A DNA stretch of 64,000 nucleotides, taken from Geosiphon pyriformis uo1. Lineage: Eukaryota; Fungi; Glomeromycota. The stretch's first letter is position 1. Every line of letters starts with the position of its first letter. Under the pieces are notes generated by a model. That model saw only the letters and a program-made list of their open reading frames with translations, ran no database searches and was not told where the DNA came from. The translations under genes and the position numbers were made by a program. Positions 63,860 through 64,000 of this stretch are shown piece after piece. The stretch lies in assembly GCA_016748015.1 (NCBI GenBank), contig JAAOMT010000620.1:36940-100939 (forward strand), given 5' to 3'.

Positions 63860-64000
63860 TCAATAAATATATTTGTAGTGTCTCTTTACATTGAAACCAC
63901 CATTAATTATACCAGTGGAAAATTCACCATTTTGCTGGTTACCAATTGCATCCGAATTATACCCGTTCCTACCACTATTATCGTTAAAGCCTCCGTTAAT
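63860..64000 (-). CDS. Partial Gly/Asn-rich coding segment entering from the window edge
   Basis: INGGFNDNSGRNGYNSDAIGNQQNGEFSTGIINGGFNVKRHYKYIY*; INGGFN occurs twice and CpGs are retained. Confidence 0.4.
   Translation of the reverse strand: MNGGFNDNSGRNGYNSDAIGNQQNGEFSTGIINGGFNVKRHYKYIY

Overview
This is AT-rich, intron-containing eukaryotic DNA. The gene families (Sel1/TKL kinases, Crinkler-like REase-kinase, secreted ML-domain protein, class 3 lipase, RNI-like LRR protein) point to a Glomeromycota fungus, and the LINE family resembles, from memory, those of Geosiphon-type genomes. Most of the window is pseudogenes and transposon relics eroded by C>T/G>A transitions. These include one full-length RNase H-bearing LINE (52.0-58.8 kb, nonsense codons but no frameshift), two heavily degraded copies (one with a clean 691-bp internal inversion), short 3'-end fragments, a Tc1 relic, MITEs and tandem repeats. 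The main finding is below the ORF-track cutoff: an intact 43-aa ORF at 29965-30096 (minus strand), MQPTTNNQSSFNPLSIIAPGNGSIKGPTGDPDDGSGTGQCSIM*. It ends in a CaaX box, aligns without gaps to the yeast a-factor precursor, and has a TATA box, a TGAAACA element and six perfect HMG-box-type AACAATG sites upstream. A second small ORF (59 aa) with a similar promoter lies about 1.5 kb upstream on the same strand. Together they are a candidate lipopeptide-pheromone locus in a lineage where, to my knowledge, such pheromones are not established. All calls come from manual reading and translation; no database searches were run.
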